A stretch of DNA of 64,000 nucleotides from Candidatus Dormiibacterota bacterium (lineage in GTDB: Bacteria > Chloroflexota > Dormibacteria > Aeolococcales > Bog-877): positions 483 to 64,482 of the forward strand of contig JBARIA010000067.1 of assembly GCA_049799515.1 (NCBI GenBank). Reading direction: 5' to 3'. The position numbers and the translations under genes were made by a program. The notes beneath the pieces are model-generated. The model ran no database searches. It was not told the origin of the DNA and saw only the letters and a program-made list of their open reading frames with translations. This document shows, one piece after another, positions 60,065-64,000 of the stretch (its first letter is position 1; each line of letters starts with the position of its first letter).

Positions 60065-60487
60065 TTACCCGCCTGCAAGCTCCTTCCGTGCCAAGGCGGC
60101 AATATCGGCACCTGTGTTGGCGTGACCGCCGATACCCCAACCACCTTCCGGCGACTCGGTGATCAGCACCCACGTCCGGGTGGTCAGTGTCGGGTCACCG
60201 GCGGCGGCGGCAACGATGTCAGTCAATTCTCTGACCACGCCGAGCTGCTTGTCGCGATCCAGCACGCCCACCGGCGTCAGGATCTGGACACGGACGTAAT
60301 TGCTATCACCGGCAGCATTAGACATCGAGTCCTCTGGCAGGTCGTGGATGAAGGCGGCGGTGTTTTTCGAGAACAAGGAGATCGGGGGAACCTTCTCCCA
60401 CCGCATCACGGCGTTGGCCAGGTCTTTGGCGAGGGAATGCCTGTCGCTGAACGTTCCTTCGGTCGCGTACACGTCGATCATGGGCAT
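60065..60487 (-). CDS. tautomerase (4-oxalocrotonate tautomerase superfamily, long form)
   Basis: Start at ATG 60487 gives MPMIDVYA with the catalytic Pro1. 140 aa. Confidence 0.7.
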   Translation of the reverse strand: MPMIDVYATEGTFSDRHSLAKDLANAVMRWEKVPPISLFSKNTAAFIHDLPEDSMSNAAGDSNYVRVQILTPVGVLDRDKQLGVVRELTDIVAAAAGDPTLTTRTWVLITESPEGGWGIGGHANTGADIAALARKELAGG

Positions 60488-60545
60488 GGGTCTCTCCTTC
60501 GCAGATAGCGCTGGTGGCCGTGGATTAAGCCAGCACCGAGCGCCC

Positions 60546-60590
60546 ACTAGAGCGATCGCTCCAGTATTTCTAGACCATTCGCTCTAGTAG
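60546..60590. promoter_or_regulatory. candidate TetR operator(s) in the divergent tautomerase/TetR intergenic region
   Basis: Imperfect 20-bp palindrome ACTAGAGCGATCGCTCCAGT at 60546-60565, plus a third half-site CGCTCTAGT at 60580-60588. Confidence 0.4.
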
Positions 60591-60599
60591 TGTCAAGAG

Positions 60600-61196
60600 G
60601 TGGCTCGCAAAGACGACACCCGGGCCGACCTGGTGCAGACGATGGCGCGACTGCTACGTGATCAGGGATACACGGCCACCGGGCGGGCGCAACTGCTGGC
60701 GGAGAGCGGTGTGTCCAACGGGTCGCTGTACCATCACTTTCCCGGCGGCATGGAAGAGCTCGCCGAGGCCGCGCTGGAGGCATCCGGTCGGGCCGTTGCC
60801 GACGCCCTCAGCGAGGCATTGGAGGGGGCACCCAACGTAGCAATCGGAATCGACCGATTCCTCGACATTGCCCAGGGATCGGTTGTTGGAGACGCCTGCG
60901 CAGGGTGTCCAGTAGCCCCGACCGCACTCGAGTCTCCCATCATCAGCCCTCGTCTACGAGTTGCCGCGGCCCGGTGCTTCGCCCAATGGGAGGCCCTAAT
61001 CGCGGCACGACTCCGCGCCGACGGATGGCCCGAAGACTCAGTCACGGAGGCAGCCTCTGCCGCCCTTGCCCTCATCGAGGGTGCATTACTCCTCGCCCGG
61101 GTGAGCGGGCAAGTGAGCCACCTCGCCAGCGCCAAACTCGCCGCGTTGGCCATATTCGGCGGCCCGCCCCCGGCCCCTTCGGCCAGCGCTCCCTAG
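60600..61196 (+). CDS. TetR/AcrR family transcriptional regulator
   Basis: 198 aa. N-terminal HTH LVQTMARLLRDQGYTATGRAQLLAESGVSNGSLYHHF. GTG start. Confidence 0.9.
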   Translation: MARKDDTRADLVQTMARLLRDQGYTATGRAQLLAESGVSNGSLYHHFPGGMEELAEAALEASGRAVADALSEALEGAPNVAIGIDRFLDIAQGSVVGDACAGCPVAPTALESPIISPRLRVAAARCFAQWEALIAARLRADGWPEDSVTEAASAALALIEGALLLARVSGQVSHLASAKLAALAIFGGPPPAPSASAP

Positions 61197-61347
61197 TCGG
61201 CCTCCGCCTTCCTGACGCTCTCTTGCGCCTCTGACGCTCAGCCGCCGCCCGTTTCGCACGAGTGACCGGCGGCGCTAAAAGGCGTGTGGTGCAGGAGCTT
61301 GGCTCGGACACTCTCTGCAGGCCGGAGCCGGACTGGCTCCGCGCGAG

Positions 61348-61761
61348 TCAGTCAACAGTGCCGGCGGGAACCACCCACCGGCAGTGCTGCCCGGTGACCG
61401 ACGCAATGGAGTCGAAGTCGGCGTCGTAATGGAGCACGCCAAGATCGTGTGATTCGGCCGTCGCGGCGATCAGAAGATCGGGAATCTTGCGCCCACGCTG
61501 GCTTCGCTCAGCTAGTAATCGCTGGACCTGGAGCGCCCGACGTAGATGGATGGCCGTAGTCTCCATGGCTTGGAACGGCTCTAGAGCGCCGAGAAGAAGA
61601 TCCCACTCGTCGGCGTTGCGGGCCGAATATCCAACTTCGAGGTCGCAGATCCTCGCCCGGCCGAGCCTCCCGGCGGCGGCCAACGGCTCTACCACTCGGC
61701 GGATTTCGGCGTGATTGAGTCGCTTTAGGACGCTGGTGTCCACCAGAAACGTCAGCGCCAA
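61348..61761 (-). CDS. vapC: type II toxin VapC (PIN domain)
   Basis: 137 aa. FLVDTSVL (first acidic residue), ...DLLIAATA..., ...HYDADFD. Overlaps the antitoxin stop. Confidence 0.88.
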   Translation of the reverse strand: MALTFLVDTSVLKRLNHAEIRRVVEPLAAAGRLGRARICDLEVGYSARNADEWDLLLGALEPFQAMETTAIHLRRALQVQRLLAERSQRGRKIPDLLIAATAESHDLGVLHYDADFDSIASVTGQHCRWVVPAGTVD

Positions 61762-61946
61762 GCTTCAGAGCGCTCCTCAAGCTGGGCTGAGGCGAGTATG
61801 TCCAGCGCCGCACCGACTCGACGCGCTCGGCTATCGGTCGTCCGGTACAAGGCCAGGTTCACTGTGTCCTTGATCGACGTAGTGCCCAGTTCGGCTCTGG
61901 CTGCGCTAAGGGCCTCTTCGTCTAAGTCAATCAGATGCTTTGCCAT
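61752..61946 (-). CDS. vapB: type II antitoxin VapB (DUF2191/Rv0623-like)
   Basis: Start at ATG 61946. MAKHLIDLDEEALSAARAELGTTSIKDTVNLAL... Confidence 0.8.
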   Translation of the reverse strand: MAKHLIDLDEEALSAARAELGTTSIKDTVNLALYRTTDSRARRVGAALDILASAQLEERSEAWR

Positions 61947-62418
61947 GAGAGCCAGTATATACGAACCGCCAGGAGTATATATTCCCGGGGAGGAGGTCAC
62001 CCCGCGAGGCTGGGAAGTTGATCGTGCTTAACGCGGGAACCATTAGGTCGAGTGGCTGGCCGAGCCTCCATTTGGGGGCTAGCGCGATCGGCTGGCTCAT
62101 CTGGAAAAGTTCGGTGAATGCGGTAGCCATAACGAAACCTCTGATCGAACGGAGCGCGAAGGGCCTGAATGGGGGTGGCGACGGGCTCAGGCAAGAATAT
62201 CGTGCATTGGAAACGCCGTTGGCTGCCCGCAGTCCCGGAAGGCTCGTCGCCGTCTGGAAGGTCCGTCACTGTATCTCGCTCCCGAGAAACTCGTCGATGA
62301 CGTGTGCCAGGTGCTGAGGCACTTCCGTCGCGTCGTCCGGCGTTCTGTGGTCGCTGCCACCAGCGCCCTGCGTAGGCCTGGTCCTCCACAAGCACAACTC
62401 GATCCAGTGCTGACGGCC

Positions 62419-63606
62419 TTAAAGTTCGGCGACCAGCTCGCTGCGGCGGCGCGTCAAGTGGCGGACCTCGGCCGGGTTGCCGGCCAGCTCGATCGCCCGC
62501 GTGTAGGCCGCGCGAGCCTCGGCCGAGCGGCCCAGGCGGCGCAGCAGTTCGGCGCGGGTCGCGTGGAAGGCGTGATAGCCGGAAAGCGGTAGCGCGTCGA
62601 CGGTGGTGAGAGACACCCCCGGCCCGTCCATCTCGGCGGTGACAACGGCCCGGTTGAGGGCGACGACCGGTGTCGGCTGCAGCGCGTAGAGCTGGTCGTA
62701 CAGCGTGGCGAGCGCGGTCCAGTCGGTGTCTCGGAACGCGCGTGCCGTGGTGTGCACGGCGTTGATCGCCGCCTGGAGCTGGTATGGGCCTGGCCGGTTC
62801 ACGTCGATGCAAACGCGCATGAGCGCGTGTCCTTCCACGATCAGCGCCGCGTCCCAGCTGGAGCGGACCTGCTCGTCCAGCGTCACCAGCTCACCGGCCT
62901 CATCGACCCGGGCGTCGCGGCGGGCGTCGGTCAACAACAGCAGCGCGAGCAGCCCGGTGGCTTCGGGCTCGTCCGGCAGTAAGTCGTGCAGCAGCCGGGC
63001 CAACCGGATCGCCGCGTCTGAGAGGTCGGTCCGCAGCTCGATGCCGCTGCCCGGCAGGTAGCCCTCGTTGAAGATGAGATAGACGACGGCTAGCACGTCC
63101 GGTAGGCGCTCTTCGAGCCGCTCGGGGACGGCGAACGGGATGTGCGCCGCCTTGATCTTCGCCTTCGCGCGGGTGATCCGCTGCCCGATCGCGGCCTCGC
63201 GCGAGAGGAACGCGCGGGCGATCTCACCGACGGTCAACCCGGCGACCAACCGCAGCGTGAGGGCCAGCCGCGCCTCGGGCGCGAGCGCGGGGTGGCAGCA
63301 GGTGAAGATCAACCGGAGTTGGTCGTCCTCGACCGCGTGCGCGGGCTCGGGGTCGGGTTGCCGCATGCGTGCCTCAGTGTGCTTGGCCTCCCGCTGCGAC
63401 TCGTGCCGCAGCCGGTCGATCGCCTTGCGGGTCGCGGTGGTCATCAGCCAGCCGCCCGGGTTGGGCGGCATCCGCTCGCGCCACGCGGTCACGGCAGCGA
63501 GGACGGCCTCGCCGGCCGCCTCCTCGGCGATGTCCAGGTCACCGAAGCGGCGGGCCAGCGAAGCCACCACACGCGGCCATTCGTCCCGGAAGACGTCCTC
63601 GATCAT
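62419..63606 (-). CDS. ECF-like sigma-70 family factor with long C-terminal TPR-like domain (COG4941 type, YciI-associated)
   Basis: Start at ATG 63606 (MIEDVFRDEWPRVVASLARRFGD). Region 2 and region 4 (LTVGEIARAFL) are followed by a ~230-aa helical extension. Confidence 0.82.
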   Translation of the reverse strand: MIEDVFRDEWPRVVASLARRFGDLDIAEEAAGEAVLAAVTAWRERMPPNPGGWLMTTATRKAIDRLRHESQREAKHTEARMRQPDPEPAHAVEDDQLRLIFTCCHPALAPEARLALTLRLVAGLTVGEIARAFLSREAAIGQRITRAKAKIKAAHIPFAVPERLEERLPDVLAVVYLIFNEGYLPGSGIELRTDLSDAAIRLARLLHDLLPDEPEATGLLALLLLTDARRDARVDEAGELVTLDEQVRSSWDAALIVEGHALMRVCIDVNRPGPYQLQAAINAVHTTARAFRDTDWTALATLYDQLYALQPTPVVALNRAVVTAEMDGPGVSLTTVDALPLSGYHAFHATRAELLRRLGRSAEARAAYTRAIELAGNPAEVRHLTRRRSELVAEL

Positions 63607-63616
63607 CCTGTGACGA

Positions 63617-63988
63617 TCAGCCTGCGAACGGGCGTACCTCGACCGTGCCACGGCACGCTTTGGATCCCTCGGCGGCCAGCTCGAGCGCAACGTCCAGGTT
63701 CGGCGCGTCGATCACCCAGAACCCGCCGATCCGCTCCTTGGTCTCGAGGTATGGGCCGTCGGTGAACACCGGCTTGTCGCCCGTGCCGTCGACCACGGTC
63801 GCGGTGGCCGCGGAGCGAAGGCCGCCGGCGAAGACGAAGTAGCCCTCGGCAACCAGCTTCTGGTTGAACACCCCGGTCGCGGCCATGGCTGCCTCGGCCT
63901 CCTCCGCTGACGCGTACGCGCCGAACTTGCCCGCCGCTGGGTCGTAGTCGGAGTCCACGCCGTGCACGGACAGCAGATACTGCGCCAT
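63617..63988 (-). CDS. YciI/DGPF family protein
   Basis: 123 aa. MAQYLLSVHG...GGLRSAATATVV...TDGPYLETKERIGGFWVIDAPNLD. SD AGGAGG upstream. Confidence 0.85.
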   Translation of the reverse strand: MAQYLLSVHGVDSDYDPAAGKFGAYASAEEAEAAMAATGVFNQKLVAEGYFVFAGGLRSAATATVVDGTGDKPVFTDGPYLETKERIGGFWVIDAPNLDVALELAAEGSKACRGTVEVRPFAG

Positions 63989-64000
63989 CTCAGGCCTCCT

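Noticed and set aside
61197-61347. Possible fifth, partial repeat copy, because CTCTGACGCTC (the 5' anchor of copy C) occurs twice after the TetR gene
   Set aside because: Similarity does not continue beyond ~11 nt, so it is most likely chance.

Overview
High-GC bacterial chromosome segment (GC not computed). Gene content and synteny look actinobacterial: prmC-tsaC-glyA-wecA-like upstream of atpIBEFHAGDC, a VKOR+DUF929 pair, and F420-type LLM/PPOX enzymes. Positions 1-34 kb are almost entirely minus-strand. They hold a Tad/Flp pilus locus (flp, cpaB, REC-cpaE, cpaF, tadB, tadC, DUF192, a second cpaF) headed by an orphan DegS-like histidine kinase. They also hold a VKOR/DUF929 disulfide pair, envelope-glycan genes (two paralogous GT-C-like membrane proteins, GT2, TagA-like, GT4, WecA-like, murA), a complete F1Fo ATP synthase operon, an Fe(3+) ABC importer behind an IdeR/DtxR-type iron box, and a degenerate MreB-like gene. 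Positions 34-38 kb carry a separate plus-strand TadE/TadG/TadE pseudopilin cluster. Positions 38-64 kb look accessory: F420 enzymes, Fpg/Nei, GNAT, Lrp/EamA, NUDIX, a decayed HIT gene, a PQQ propeller, PadR, DyP, a MerR module, DUF899, a two-component system with a MacB-type efflux operon, tautomerase/TetR, VapBC, and YciI plus an ECF-like sigma factor. No rRNA, tRNA, CRISPR array, transposase or integrase was recognised. The most unusual signal is four same-orientation copies of an unclassified ~300-nt structured repeat. They sit in long non-coding gaps between 49 and 60 kb and delimit gene modules. All alignments and motif calls were made by eye from the sequence and ORF track, so gene starts and repeat boundaries are approximate.
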